The notes beneath the pieces are model-generated. The model made no database searches. It was not told the DNA's origin and was given only the letters and a program-made list of their open reading frames with translations. Made by a program: the position numbers and the translations under genes. Shown one piece after another: positions 51,368 to 61,159 of a DNA stretch of 64,000 nucleotides. This DNA comes from an uncultured Spirochaetota bacterium (lineage in GTDB: Bacteria > Spirochaetota > Brevinematia > Brevinematales > JAOACQ01). Positions within the stretch are counted from its first letter, which is position 1. Each line of letters starts with the position of its first letter. The stretch is taken from NCBI GenBank assembly GCA_963783575.1, contig CAWAOD010000010.1, forward strand, positions 96,001 to 160,000, written 5' to 3'.

Positions 51368-52777
51368 TCAAATTTTTTCTTCATCAGATAGGATATAAAG
51401 GGCTTTCAGGAACTCCAAACGGCATTCTCTGATGCGGTAATCATCATATTTAATTATCCGGATCTTTTTTTTCAGAACATCCTCATAAATATCTTTAATA
51501 ACTCCTTTCAGCACAGAATCGATCCAGGAAACCGGCATATTTTTAAGTGCAAAAACAACCTTAGCAAATCCTATTTCATCAATGATCAAATCGATTGCTC
51601 CACTGTATAAACCGCTGTTTAAAACTTCATTTTCAAAATCCAGTTTCTCAATAAAAGGAGTAAAATATATATTCTTGATCTCCCTGAAAAATAATATCAG
51701 GGAATCCATTCTTTTATCTTCGGATTTAATCTTTGAACTTTCTATATCCTCAATAAGCAGTTTTATACCATCCCTTGAGATTATCATGGAAAAAACATTT
51801 TTTATAATCGGGAATTGCGCAAAGCTTAAAGCTTCCGTTAAAACCCTTCGCTTTACATTATTGATAATCTCACGAACCCGCCCGCTTTTACCAAATTCAA
51901 GAAGCCACTCTTCTATTCCTTTTTTTTGAAGTTGATGTTTTAAAACAGTTATTTCATAACTTTTGCGTATAAAATCAATTACTTTCATTTCCCGAATGGG
52001 GATTTCCAGTTCCCTTGCTGATATGAAGATATTTCTGTTTATAATATAGCTAACTTCATCAGCCCAGCGATACGTTGAAGTCAATCTGGTGGTTTTAACC
52101 TTTTCGATTATTTCCTGTTTGACAGACCTTGATAAATTTTCAATTAAGATTTTTCCTTTATCCCCCAGGTCATAGATATATGAAGCAAGCATATCTGTTG
52201 ATGCGATTCCTTTATGAAGAAAGTGATTCAGTAAAGTCTGAATGCTATGGTCTGATAATGACAATATAATTTGGGCAAAATTATCGGGCGGTGTAGAGAG
52301 CCTTTGATAAATCGCTTTATCAAGTAATCTCAAATTCTCTTCTTTCATAATACTTTCAACAGCTTCATCATTGCCGTTTTTAACATTCAATAAAAGAAAC
52401 AATTCTCTCAGGTTTTTTTCGGTTAAAATTAGCAATCCGTTAATAGATGGATTATGCCCTGTTATGAAAGGTATTTTAAGAATTATATCATATGCAGATT
52501 TTGATTCTGAATTTTCAAAGAATTTTTTTATCTGTAGAAAGACCCTTTTCCGGCTTAAACCTTGCAATATTTTATAATTCTCAATATCTTCAATTAATCT
52601 ACTCTGCAATGGATGAGGAGACTGATCCAGAAAAACAAGAATTGAACTGTCGATCCGGTCCTGTTTACAAAATATTCTGATAATAAAGCCATTTTTATGG
52701 TAAATATGAAAATTTTCCAATTCTGCAGGTAAAATTTTAAAATTCCTATTTAAGAAAAGGTTTCCGATTATCTCCAT
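51368..52777 (-). CDS. Hypothetical protein with three FliG C-terminal-like repeats
   Basis: ILSLSDHSIQTLL..ENLSRS; IINNVKRRVLTEAL..ISRDGIKLLIEDIE; IIDEIGFAKVVFALK..ILSDEEKI. Confidence 0.55.
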   Translation of the reverse strand: MEIIGNLFLNRNFKILPAELENFHIYHKNGFIIRIFCKQDRIDSSILVFLDQSPHPLQSRLIEDIENYKILQGLSRKRVFLQIKKFFENSESKSAYDIILKIPFITGHNPSINGLLILTEKNLRELFLLLNVKNGNDEAVESIMKEENLRLLDKAIYQRLSTPPDNFAQIILSLSDHSIQTLLNHFLHKGIASTDMLASYIYDLGDKGKILIENLSRSVKQEIIEKVKTTRLTSTYRWADEVSYIINRNIFISARELEIPIREMKVIDFIRKSYEITVLKHQLQKKGIEEWLLEFGKSGRVREIINNVKRRVLTEALSFAQFPIIKNVFSMIISRDGIKLLIEDIESSKIKSEDKRMDSLILFFREIKNIYFTPFIEKLDFENEVLNSGLYSGAIDLIIDEIGFAKVVFALKNMPVSWIDSVLKGVIKDIYEDVLKKKIRIIKYDDYRIRECRLEFLKALYILSDEEKI

Positions 52778-52839
52778 ATTAAATTACTTGCTTGGATAAA
52801 ATTAATAAAGTTAAAAATCAGAGTGCATAATTAATAATA

Positions 52840-54072
52840 TTACATGTTTTTGCAGATTTCAAGGGCAAACTCACTGGTTTTAACTTCTTTTGATCCTCCG
52901 ATCTGGCGTGCGAGGTCGTAAGTAACAACTTTGCTTTTGATTGTTTTTTCAATAGCCTGTTGTATAATACTCCCGGCTTCCTGCCATCCCAGGTATTCAA
53001 GCATCATTACCCCCGAAAGAATTAGAGAACCGGGATTGACTTTATCCAGATTGGCATATTTCGGAGCCGTACCATGGGTCGCCTCAAAAACAGCATAAAA
53101 ATCACCTATATTTGAACCCGGAGCCATACCCAGACCGCCAACCTGTGCCGCAATCGCATCCGATAAGTAATCGCCGTTAAGATTTGTTGTAACAACAACA
53201 TCGTATTCTTCAGGCTTAGTTAAAACTTGCTGGAACATGTTATCGGCAATTCTGTCCTTAACTATTATTCTGCCGTCCGGTTTGTTACTTTCCGATAACT
53301 CGGATTCTAGGATGATTCTGTCTCTGAATTCTGTTACAGCCACATTATAAGCCCAGTTTTTAAATGCGCCTTCTGTGTATTTCATAATGTTGCCTTTATG
53401 AACAATAGTAACACTTTTTCTTTTGTGATCAACTGCAAACCTAAAGGCTTTCCTGGCTATTCTTTCGCTGCCGAATTCACTGATTGGTTTAATTCCAATC
53501 CCGGAATCCTCTCTTACAGATTTTAAAAGTTTATTATTCAGGAATTCAATTAGCAGTTTAGCTTCATTACTGCCTTTAGCCCATTCAATCCCGCTGTAAA
53601 CATCCTCCGTATTTTCTCTGAAAATTATCATATCAACCGCTTCAGGCCTTTTAACCGGTGACGGTGTCCCTGAATAATATCTTACCGGACGGATGCAGGC
53701 ATATAAATCCAATAATTGCCTCAAAGCAACGTTCAGGCTTCTAATTCCGCCTCCTACTGGCGTTGTGAGAGGGCCCTTTATTGCTACAATATAATCTTTT
53801 ATTGCTTCAAGAGTTTCATCAGGGAGATAAGAATTATAAATCGAGTTGGCTTTTTCACCCGCATATATTTCCATCCAGGAAATTTTTCTTTTTCCGCCAT
53901 ATGCCTTTTCTACAGCAGCTTCAAAAACAATCTTCGAAGCCTTCCAAATATCCGCTCCTGTACCATCACCTTCAATGAAGGGGATAATCGGATTATCCGG
54001 CACTTTTAACATATCTTCTTTAATAATTATCTTTTCGCCGTCTTTTGGAATAATGATTTTTTTATAACTCAT
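52840..54072 (-). CDS. icd: NADP-dependent isocitrate dehydrogenase
   Basis: [42 protein letters not shown]. Confidence 0.96.
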   Translation of the reverse strand: MSYKKIIIPKDGEKIIIKEDMLKVPDNPIIPFIEGDGTGADIWKASKIVFEAAVEKAYGGKRKISWMEIYAGEKANSIYNSYLPDETLEAIKDYIVAIKGPLTTPVGGGIRSLNVALRQLLDLYACIRPVRYYSGTPSPVKRPEAVDMIIFRENTEDVYSGIEWAKGSNEAKLLIEFLNNKLLKSVREDSGIGIKPISEFGSERIARKAFRFAVDHKRKSVTIVHKGNIMKYTEGAFKNWAYNVAVTEFRDRIILESELSESNKPDGRIIVKDRIADNMFQQVLTKPEEYDVVVTTNLNGDYLSDAIAAQVGGLGMAPGSNIGDFYAVFEATHGTAPKYANLDKVNPGSLILSGVMMLEYLGWQEAGSIIQQAIEKTIKSKVVTYDLARQIGGSKEVKTSEFALEICKNM

Positions 54073-54359
54073 AAAACCTCTCATTTATAATAATGTTAGA
54101 TATTCATTATATATTAGTCGAATTAATTAAATAAAATAACATTGTAAACTTCACAATATTCTTTAAGTTTTTGAGTAACAATAAAATATTATATTTATTG
54201 CTAAAATAAGATTATTTTTTTTAATACAACTTCAAAATAAGAAATATAAATAAAACAGCGGATATTTTACATGATTAAGTAATTAATATCAAATAAAGAA
54301 TGGTACTTTGGTAATTGGGTGATCAGAAATTGAAATATAATTTAATGAACTTTAAAAAT

Positions 54360-54830
54360 TTAATAAGCCGGGGCTTCCGAGTGTTCATTGCCGGGCGTAT
54401 CAGGTAGAGCATCATCTTTTTCTTCCACATTTATCTCATAATCATTTAATTTTTTATTCCTGACATGTATTACTCCCATCCAGATACCATTTTCAGGATC
54501 CAGCTCCATTTTAACCCTTTCACGCGGATTGTTAAAATTTCCAATAATTTCAACATTGTTGATTCTATCCGAATGGGGATAAATAAATATTACTTTCATC
54601 GGTTTTATTTGATTTAATATCAATATTGTGGATAAAAGAATTGAAAGAGAAAATAATGAAACCGAAGCATATTTAAATATCTTTAATAATAAAAATCTAT
54701 TATAAATATTTCTATCTATATAATTTAAGATTTTATTCTGCAAATCTTCCGGTTCATTAATCTCCAGCCATCTATCATCTTTTTGTAAAAATCTAATTAA
54801 ATTAACATGAGCTAAGCTTGGTTTATTCAT
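54360..54830 (-). CDS. Putative anti-sigma factor: single TM plus C-terminal CBM48/AMPK-CBM-like domain
   Basis: Overlaps the ECF stop, GGAGG RBS; VIFIY..VEIIGNFNN..M..ENGIW..YEINV. Confidence 0.65.
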   Translation of the reverse strand: MNKPSLAHVNLIRFLQKDDRWLEINEPEDLQNKILNYIDRNIYNRFLLLKIFKYASVSLFSLSILLSTILILNQIKPMKVIFIYPHSDRINNVEIIGNFNNPRERVKMELDPENGIWMGVIHVRNKKLNDYEINVEEKDDALPDTPGNEHSEAPAY

Positions 54831-55353
54831 TTTGACCTCCGATAATTTTCTGTAATTTCTCCTTTGCCCTGTATATCCTGACTTTAACATTTTCTTCAGT
54901 TATTTCAAGTGTTTCTGAAATTTCTTTAATTGATAAATCATCCATATATTTTAAAAAGAGAATATTCTTCTCATCCTCGCTTATTTCTTCCATAGCTTTA
55001 AATAAAAACAATTTATCATCAACCGATAATAAACTATTATCGTTAAAAATTATTGAATTAATAAAATTCTCTGTTAATTCAACAGTTCTATTTTTATTCT
55101 TTTGAAAGAAACTCTTAATTACATTCATTTCAATCGCATAAATCCAACTGAAGAATTTTCTTTTCACATCATATTTTTTAATATAATTAAATAACCGCCA
55201 GAAAACTTCCTGTGATATATCCTCGGCATCGGCTTTATTTCTTACATGATAATATGCAAAAGAAAATACCCTTTTCTTATAAATTAAAACCAATTCTTCA
55301 AAAGCTTGAAAGTCTCCTTTTTGAGCCTTTGAAACAAGATCAAACTCTTCCAT
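54823..55353 (-). CDS. ECF RNA polymerase sigma factor
   Basis: GDFQAFEELV, DAEDISQEVF, FFSWIY, LSIKEISETLEITEENVKVRIYRAK. Confidence 0.93.
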   Translation of the reverse strand: MEEFDLVSKAQKGDFQAFEELVLIYKKRVFSFAYYHVRNKADAEDISQEVFWRLFNYIKKYDVKRKFFSWIYAIEMNVIKSFFQKNKNRTVELTENFINSIIFNDNSLLSVDDKLFLFKAMEEISEDEKNILFLKYMDDLSIKEISETLEITEENVKVRIYRAKEKLQKIIGGQNE

Positions 55354-55519
55354 TAATTTTTATCCCAACCCTATTCTCGTTTAATTATTTGTGCCTCTTA
55401 TTATGTTATGCCATTAACTTTTCTTAGAACCTTTATTATAATAATATAAATATATTTCAAATTCTTTTCAATAAAAAAGTATAATTAATTTTATGGGTAT
55501 AATTTCCCTTTTAATAAAA

Positions 55520-55549
55520 ATACTATAATTTAATTAATAAAGTTACAAT
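55520..55549 (-). promoter_or_regulatory. Candidate ECF-type promoter, proximal copy
   Basis: Minus strand ATTGTAACTTT-N12-ATAGTAT. Confidence 0.65.
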
Positions 55550-55574
55550 TAATTATAATAATTATAAAATTATT

Positions 55575-55705
55575 CAAAATAAACCCCCCATTCAAGATTG
55601 AATGAGGGGTAAACTTAGGGATAGGGATTTACAGAAATTGAACTTCTGTATAAAAAAGGCAACAAAATATTATTAAAATAAAATAACAAACATTAGTTAT
55701 AATAA
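55575..55705 (-). ncRNA. Candidate ECF-dependent small RNA, about 120-130 nt
   Basis: Lies between the distal ECF-type promoter and a terminator-like hairpin (55583-55610); internal hairpin and AUCCCUAUCCCU tract. Confidence 0.4.
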
Positions 55706-55710
55706 TAGAT

Positions 55711-55740
55711 ATACTATCTATAACGAAACAAAGTTACAAT
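55711..55740 (-). promoter_or_regulatory. Candidate ECF-type promoter, distal copy
   Basis: Minus strand ATTGTAACTTT-N12-ATAGTAT, same blocks and spacing as 55520-55549. Confidence 0.65.
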
Positions 55741-55761
55741 ATCGATAAAATATTTTTAAAT

Positions 55762-55797
55762 AAAAAAGGTGTATTGAAATTTAATCCAATACACCTT
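55762..55797 (-). terminator. groEL terminator
   Basis: AAGGTGTATTG/CAATACACCTT stem followed by a T run on the minus strand. Confidence 0.8.
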
Positions 55798-55819
55798 CTA
55801 AGAAATAATTTAATATTTA

Positions 55820-57454
55820 TCAGTACATATCACCCATTCCACCCATTCCACCGCCACCAGGCATTGGAGGATTTTTTTCTTTTTCGGGTTTATCTGTAAC
55901 AAGGACTTCGGTAATTAAAAGAAGTCCGGCAATGCTTGCAGCATTCTGAAGGGCAGAACGCTCAACCTTAGCGGGATCAATGATTCCTGCTTTAACAAGA
56001 TCAACCCATTCATCGGTCAAAGCGTTATATCCGAATCCTTCTTTTGATTCCTTAGCCTTATATACAACAACCGATCCATCGATACCTGCATTATCGGCAA
56101 TTAACCTCATCGGAGATTCAAGAGCCTTTATCACTATATCAACACCAACCTGTTCTTCATCATTACTTACTTTTAAACCCTGCAATGACTTTTGTGCCAT
56201 TAAAAGAGCCAGACCGCCACCGGGAACAATGCCTTCTTCAACAGCTGCTTTTGTTGCAGATAAAGCATCTTCAACACGGCCTTTCTTTTCTTTTAATTCA
56301 ACTTCAGTAGCAGCCCCTACTTTTATAACAGCGACTCCACCCGATATTTTAGCAAGCCTTTCCTGAAGCTTTTCTTTATCATAATCGGAGGTAGTATCAT
56401 CAATCTGCTTTTTAATCTGCTTTATCCTTGACTGAATGTTCTCCTTTGAACCGGCTCCGTCAACTATGGTAGTATTTTCTTTGTCAACTTTAATCTTTTT
56501 TGCCCGTCCCAGATCATTTATTGTTGTATTTTCAAGTTTCATTCCTTTTTCATCAGAAATAACCTGTGCTTTAGTCAATACGGCAATATCTTCAAGCATG
56601 GCCTTTCTTCTATCGCCAAAAGCAGGAGCTTTTACTGCAACACAATTCAATGTTCCCCTTAATTTATTAACTATCAATGTAGCCAGCGCTTCTCCTTCAA
56701 CATCCTCAGCAATTATTAAAAGAGGCTTACCGCTCTGGGCAATCTTTTCCAGCATTGGAACAAGTTCTTTTAAAGCTGAAATCTTTTTATCATAAATTAA
56801 AATATATGGATCTTCAAGTTCGGCGACCATATTTTCAGCGTTAGTGACCATATATGCCGACAGATAACCTCTGTCAAACTGCATACCTTCAACAACCTCA
56901 ACGACGGTATCAAGTGTTTTTGATTCTTCAACTGTGATTACACCGTCTTTTCCAACTTTTTCCATTGCCTCAGCAATATATCCACCAATATCGGTATCGT
57001 TATTGGCTGATATTGCGGCAACGTCCTTTATTTCTTCCCCGGAAACCGCTTTAGAAATCTTCTTGATTTCTTCAACAACTTTTGCAACAGCCTTGTCAAT
57101 ACCTTTTTTAATTAATGTAGGATTGCTTCCGGCGGTTACATTCTTAAATCCTTCCCTGATAATAGCATGTGCAAGAACAGTTGCCGTAGTAGTTCCGTCA
57201 CCGGCTATATCGTTTGTCTTCGTGGCAACTTCTTTCACTAATTGAGCTCCCATATTCTCAAAACGGTCTTCAAGTTCAATTTCCTTTGCTACCGTAACAC
57301 CGTCTTTAGTAATGGTCGGGGCTCCGAATTTCTTGTCAATAACAACATTTCTTCCTCTTGGTCCTAGAGTTGCTCCAACTGCATTGGATAATTTTTCTAC
57401 TCCCAACAAGATTTTTTGATGTGCGGCACTGGAAAAAAGTAATTCCTTCGACAT
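55820..57454 (-). CDS. groL: Chaperonin GroEL
   Basis: [29 protein letters not shown] tail. Confidence 0.98.
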   Translation of the reverse strand: MSKELLFSSAAHQKILLGVEKLSNAVGATLGPRGRNVVIDKKFGAPTITKDGVTVAKEIELEDRFENMGAQLVKEVATKTNDIAGDGTTTATVLAHAIIREGFKNVTAGSNPTLIKKGIDKAVAKVVEEIKKISKAVSGEEIKDVAAISANNDTDIGGYIAEAMEKVGKDGVITVEESKTLDTVVEVVEGMQFDRGYLSAYMVTNAENMVAELEDPYILIYDKKISALKELVPMLEKIAQSGKPLLIIAEDVEGEALATLIVNKLRGTLNCVAVKAPAFGDRRKAMLEDIAVLTKAQVISDEKGMKLENTTINDLGRAKKIKVDKENTTIVDGAGSKENIQSRIKQIKKQIDDTTSDYDKEKLQERLAKISGGVAVIKVGAATEVELKEKKGRVEDALSATKAAVEEGIVPGGGLALLMAQKSLQGLKVSNDEEQVGVDIVIKALESPMRLIADNAGIDGSVVVYKAKESKEGFGYNALTDEWVDLVKAGIIDPAKVERSALQNAASIAGLLLITEVLVTDKPEKEKNPPMPGGGGMGGMGDMY

Positions 57455-57493
57455 ATTTACCTCTCCTTATTTAATTAAAATTTTTAACATAAA

Positions 57494-57522
57494 AATATAA
57501 TCAATATTACATTAATTGTCAA
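57494..57522 (-). promoter_or_regulatory. sigma70 promoter of groEL
   Basis: Minus strand TTGACA-17 bp-TATATT. Confidence 0.7.
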
Positions 57523-57772
57523 GTCTTATGCCCCCTAATTTTATAGGAATTTAAAGCATTTTATCCGAATCTTTTTTTTATTGCTTAAATGTTTGAACAA
57601 TACTGCTATCTCCCAATCCTTTATTTCAGATTGTCTTTTGAATTATCCTTCAAACTTAAAATGAGGTATCAGATTCAACAAAAACTTTGTTGAAATATAC
57701 TCTATAATCTTGACGTTTTTGATATTTTTAATTAAATTAAATGATAATAAATTATATAAATGGAGGAAATAC

Positions 57773-58060
57773 ATGAAAGTAAAACCTTTAGGTAACAGAG
57801 TACTCATCAAAGTCAAAGAAACCGAAGAAAAAACTAAAGGCGGCATTTTTATTCCGCAAACCGCACAGGAAAAAACTCAAAGAGGAGTTGTGGAAGCTGT
57901 CGGTCCTGGAAAAAAGAATGATAAGGGTGAACTGATAGTAATTGATGTTAAGCCCGGTGATGAGATTATTTATGACAAATATGCAGGCACTCAGATTAAA
58001 ATCGATGATGTTGATTTTCTTATTCTATCCAGTGATGAAATCCTGGCAATCGTTTCTTGA
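57773..58060 (+). CDS. groS: Co-chaperonin GroES
   Basis: KPLGNRVL, KTKGGIFIP, AVGPG, KYAGT; GGAGG RBS. Confidence 0.97.
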   Translation: MKVKPLGNRVLIKVKETEEKTKGGIFIPQTAQEKTQRGVVEAVGPGKKNDKGELIVIDVKPGDEIIYDKYAGTQIKIDDVDFLILSSDEILAIVS

Positions 58061-58096
58061 GCTTTATCATTAAATGATTTATCATTAAATGATTTT

Positions 58097-59872
58097 CTAA
58101 AGGCGGCGTTTAAACGCCGCCTTTTTAAATCCTAATATTCCCCTGATAAAATCCAGTCCATACAATACCTGGCTGAGAAGTAAGAAAAAGGAGCTTATAA
58201 TTCCTTTTCTAAATCCATATAGATAAATCCTTGTTAAAAAAACAAATCCCAGATAACAAATCAGCGGAAGAAAATAATATAGATTTTTTAATATAATGGT
58301 AAAAATAATCGAAATCATTAAAAATAATATAAAAAATACTGAGACAATAAATTTAAGATCATGAATATATTTTGATGTATGGTATGTTTTTTCCCTGATT
58401 TGTATTGAACGTAAAAAGGCCTCATTTTTTATAAAATTTATTAAAGTACCGGGAGAAATTGGAAATTTTTTATAAAGCATTATATCCGGTGAATACACCA
58501 TTGATAACTTATTCTGCTGTACCAGCTTTGATAGAATAAATTCAACTTTCAAATTTGAATTGCTTGAACAGCCAAAATTTTCAAGCAATTTCTTATTAAT
58601 AAATAAACCATAAAGCTGAAGTTCATCAACTTTTATAAAATTCATTGGTTTATAACGGTACATTAAATTCAAATTCAGGAAGAAACTTTTTATTACAGTA
58701 TAAGAAATGAACTCAAAAGGAGTATAATCCGCCCTTAATTCTACATATCCGCCTGCCGAACCAACATTTTCAAGAGATAGTATTCTTCCCACATTAAACA
58801 AAAATCTTTCGTCCGGATATGCATCCAGCTTCGAAAAAACCGCGTATTCACCTTGAACTATGTTATTATCCAGGATCTCTTTCAGTCTATCGGTAAAAGA
58901 TATTTTATCCGATTTAATGAATATTAGCCTTGGATCGACAATATCAAAATTGCTTTTTCCCGAAAGAATTACATCATATGAATCATAGTTTATATTCAAG
59001 TATTTAATTAATGAATCCCTTTCATAATCATCATTTAATTCAGAAAAAAGAATAATTGTATAAAAATATTTTATATTTTCACCCAAAGGCCTGTTATAAA
59101 ACCTCAATATTTTATCCCTATAAAAAACTGCAAGCGTATCAAAAAAAGTATTTTTTATTGTTTTAAATTTTATATTCCCAAACGCACCTCTTTTAAAATT
59201 CAGCTCAATCGGGGCGGGACAAATGGTTTTATAATTTTTATAAAGAACAATTAATAATTCAATATCAAAGGCAAACTTTTTCACCAAAACTTTAGGCAAA
59301 GAAGTTTCCAGCGCTTCCCTTTTAAAGAGCTTTATCCCGGTTTGCGAGTCCATTACCGGAAGCCCAAAAAACAGTTTAATTATTGAATAATAAACAAAAC
59401 TTATAATACGCCGTTTTAAAGGATAAAATAATCTGGAATCAGGGTGAAGCTTGCTTCCTATAACTGCATCTGCTCCGGATTCGATCATAATTCTATAAAA
59501 ATTAGGAATATGATAAGGAGATAGTTCCAGATCGGAATCTAAAAAAAGTATATAATCGCCCGAAGAGTACTCATATCCCGTTTTGATAGCCCATCCCTTG
59601 CCGAAATTTTGATAATTACGAGCGATTTTTATTTTATCATAGTTTCTGAATTCCTGAATGACAAATTCATATGAACAATCGGAAGATCCGTCATTTATTA
59701 AAACAATCTCGTAATTAAAATCAAGATACTCCATTGCTTTAATTACTTCATAAATATTTTTTACAATAACTTTTTCTTCATTATAAAACGGCATAAGAAT
59801 TGACAATTTCTTGTTTTTTCTAATTTCCACAGGAATGTCATATCTTTCCAAAGGATTCATCTTACACCTCAT
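58097..59872 (-). CDS. GT2 glycosyltransferase (DPM synthase-like) fused to a degenerate second GT2-like domain and TM helices
   Basis: SILMPFYNEE, NDGSSD, NFGKG, FLDSD, DSQTGIK, FAFDIE. Confidence 0.85.
   Translation of the reverse strand: MRCKMNPLERYDIPVEIRKNKKLSILMPFYNEEKVIVKNIYEVIKAMEYLDFNYEIVLINDGSSDCSYEFVIQEFRNYDKIKIARNYQNFGKGWAIKTGYEYSSGDYILFLDSDLELSPYHIPNFYRIMIESGADAVIGSKLHPDSRLFYPLKRRIISFVYYSIIKLFFGLPVMDSQTGIKLFKREALETSLPKVLVKKFAFDIELLIVLYKNYKTICPAPIELNFKRGAFGNIKFKTIKNTFFDTLAVFYRDKILRFYNRPLGENIKYFYTIILFSELNDDYERDSLIKYLNINYDSYDVILSGKSNFDIVDPRLIFIKSDKISFTDRLKEILDNNIVQGEYAVFSKLDAYPDERFLFNVGRILSLENVGSAGGYVELRADYTPFEFISYTVIKSFFLNLNLMYRYKPMNFIKVDELQLYGLFINKKLLENFGCSSNSNLKVEFILSKLVQQNKLSMVYSPDIMLYKKFPISPGTLINFIKNEAFLRSIQIREKTYHTSKYIHDLKFIVSVFFILFLMISIIFTIILKNLYYFLPLICYLGFVFLTRIYLYGFRKGIISSFFLLLSQVLYGLDFIRGILGFKKAAFKRRL
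58099..58124. terminator. Perfect 26-bp palindrome terminating groES, inside the 3' end of the convergent GT2 gene
   Basis: AAAGGCGGCGTTT/AAACGCCGCCTTT followed by Ts. Confidence 0.75.
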
Positions 59873-59883
59873 TAATAAATTAT

Positions 59884-59910
59884 AAAAAAAGCGAGGATAA
59901 ACATCCTCGC
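59884..59910 (-). terminator. leuB terminator
   Basis: GCGAGGAT/ATCCTCGC stem plus T7 on the minus strand. Confidence 0.8.
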
Positions 59911-59937
59911 CTAAGTAATACTTTATTATAACCTTAA

Positions 59938-61008
59938 TTAAATAGAGCTTGCAACAAGGTCTCCAATTTCTTCGGTATTATACCCCATTTTTCCTGCAGA
60001 TTGACTCTTCATCTTTGTACAAACATGTGAAACGGCGTTTTGGATAGCCTTAGCGGCCTTAGCTTCGCCAAGTTCGTCAAGCATCATTCTGCCGGCTTCA
60101 ATCGCCGCGAGAGGATTTATTTTGTGTAAACCGGTATATTTAGGAGCCGATCCGCCGATCGGTTCAAACATAGATACACCTTCGGGGTTTATATTTCCTC
60201 CCGCTGCAATACCCATGCCGCCCTGAATCATTGCGCCAAGGTCTGTGATAATATCACCAAAAAGATTTTCAGTAACAATAACATCAAACCACTCGGGATT
60301 CTTTACAAACCACATTGTTGAAGCATCGACATGAGCATAGTCCCTCTTCAGTTCTTTAAATTCTTTCTCTCCTATTTCCTCAAAAGCCCTATACCATAAA
60401 TCCCCGCAAAATGTCAAAACATTCCTTTTATGCACAAGATGAATAGGCTTTTCAACGTATTTATTGTTTTCATTATTCCTTTTCCGCTTTAACTTAAATG
60501 AATACCTTAAACACCGGTCTACGGTACGTCTATCATAAACCATCAATTGAGTAGCAATTTCATCCTGAGTACCTTCTCTGGTTACTCCGCCATGCCCTGT
60601 GTAAATACCGCTTGAATTTTCCCTAATAACAACAAAATCTATATCTTCAGGTGTCTTATCTTTTATTGGTGTTTCAACACCGGGATATAGCTTAACAGGT
60701 CTTAAATTAATATACTGGTCCAAATCAAACCTGATTCTTAAAAGCAGGCCCTTTTCAAGAATGCCAGGTTTTACATCAGGGTGCCCGATTGCTCCCAGAT
60801 ATATCGCGTTGAATCCTTTTAATTCTTCAATCTCTTCTTTTGAAATGATTTTACCGGTTTTAAGATATCTTTCTCCTCCAAAATCATAATGGTGATAATC
60901 AATGTTGATATTGAACTTGGATGAAGCAGTCTTTAAAACTTTTAATCCTTCGGCAATAACTTCCGGTCCAGTGCCGTCTCCGCCGATGACGGCAATCCTA
61001 TACGACAT
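59938..61008 (-). CDS. leuB: 3-isopropylmalate dehydrogenase (or related beta-decarboxylating dehydrogenase)
   Basis: [37 protein letters not shown]. Confidence 0.82.
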   Translation of the reverse strand: MSYRIAVIGGDGTGPEVIAEGLKVLKTASSKFNINIDYHHYDFGGERYLKTGKIISKEEIEELKGFNAIYLGAIGHPDVKPGILEKGLLLRIRFDLDQYINLRPVKLYPGVETPIKDKTPEDIDFVVIRENSSGIYTGHGGVTREGTQDEIATQLMVYDRRTVDRCLRYSFKLKRKRNNENNKYVEKPIHLVHKRNVLTFCGDLWYRAFEEIGEKEFKELKRDYAHVDASTMWFVKNPEWFDVIVTENLFGDIITDLGAMIQGGMGIAAGGNINPEGVSMFEPIGGSAPKYTGLHKINPLAAIEAGRMMLDELGEAKAAKAIQNAVSHVCTKMKSQSAGKMGYNTEEIGDLVASSI

Positions 61009-61085
61009 TCGCAACCTCCTAAAAGACATAAACAATAATTTTATAATAAATAATAAAAAAAATAAAATTTTTAACATTTTGACAA

Positions 61086-61142
61086 TAAAAAAACGGTTCC
61101 AATAACTTTTTGGGATAAAAACCTGTGTTATTAGAACCGTTT
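61086..61142 (-). terminator. GH94 terminator-like hairpin
   Basis: AAACGGTTC.AATAAC 16-bp stem then T run on the minus strand. Confidence 0.65.
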
Positions 61143-61159
61143 AAATTTAATTTGTTTTT

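Noticed and set aside
36504..57245. Plus-strand ORFs opposite the che, icd and groEL genes and minus-strand ORFs opposite fapR and vor
   Set aside because: Antisense shadows without RBS or motifs
57455..57772. CIRCE element
   Set aside because: No TTAGCACTC-N9-GAGTGCTAA match found
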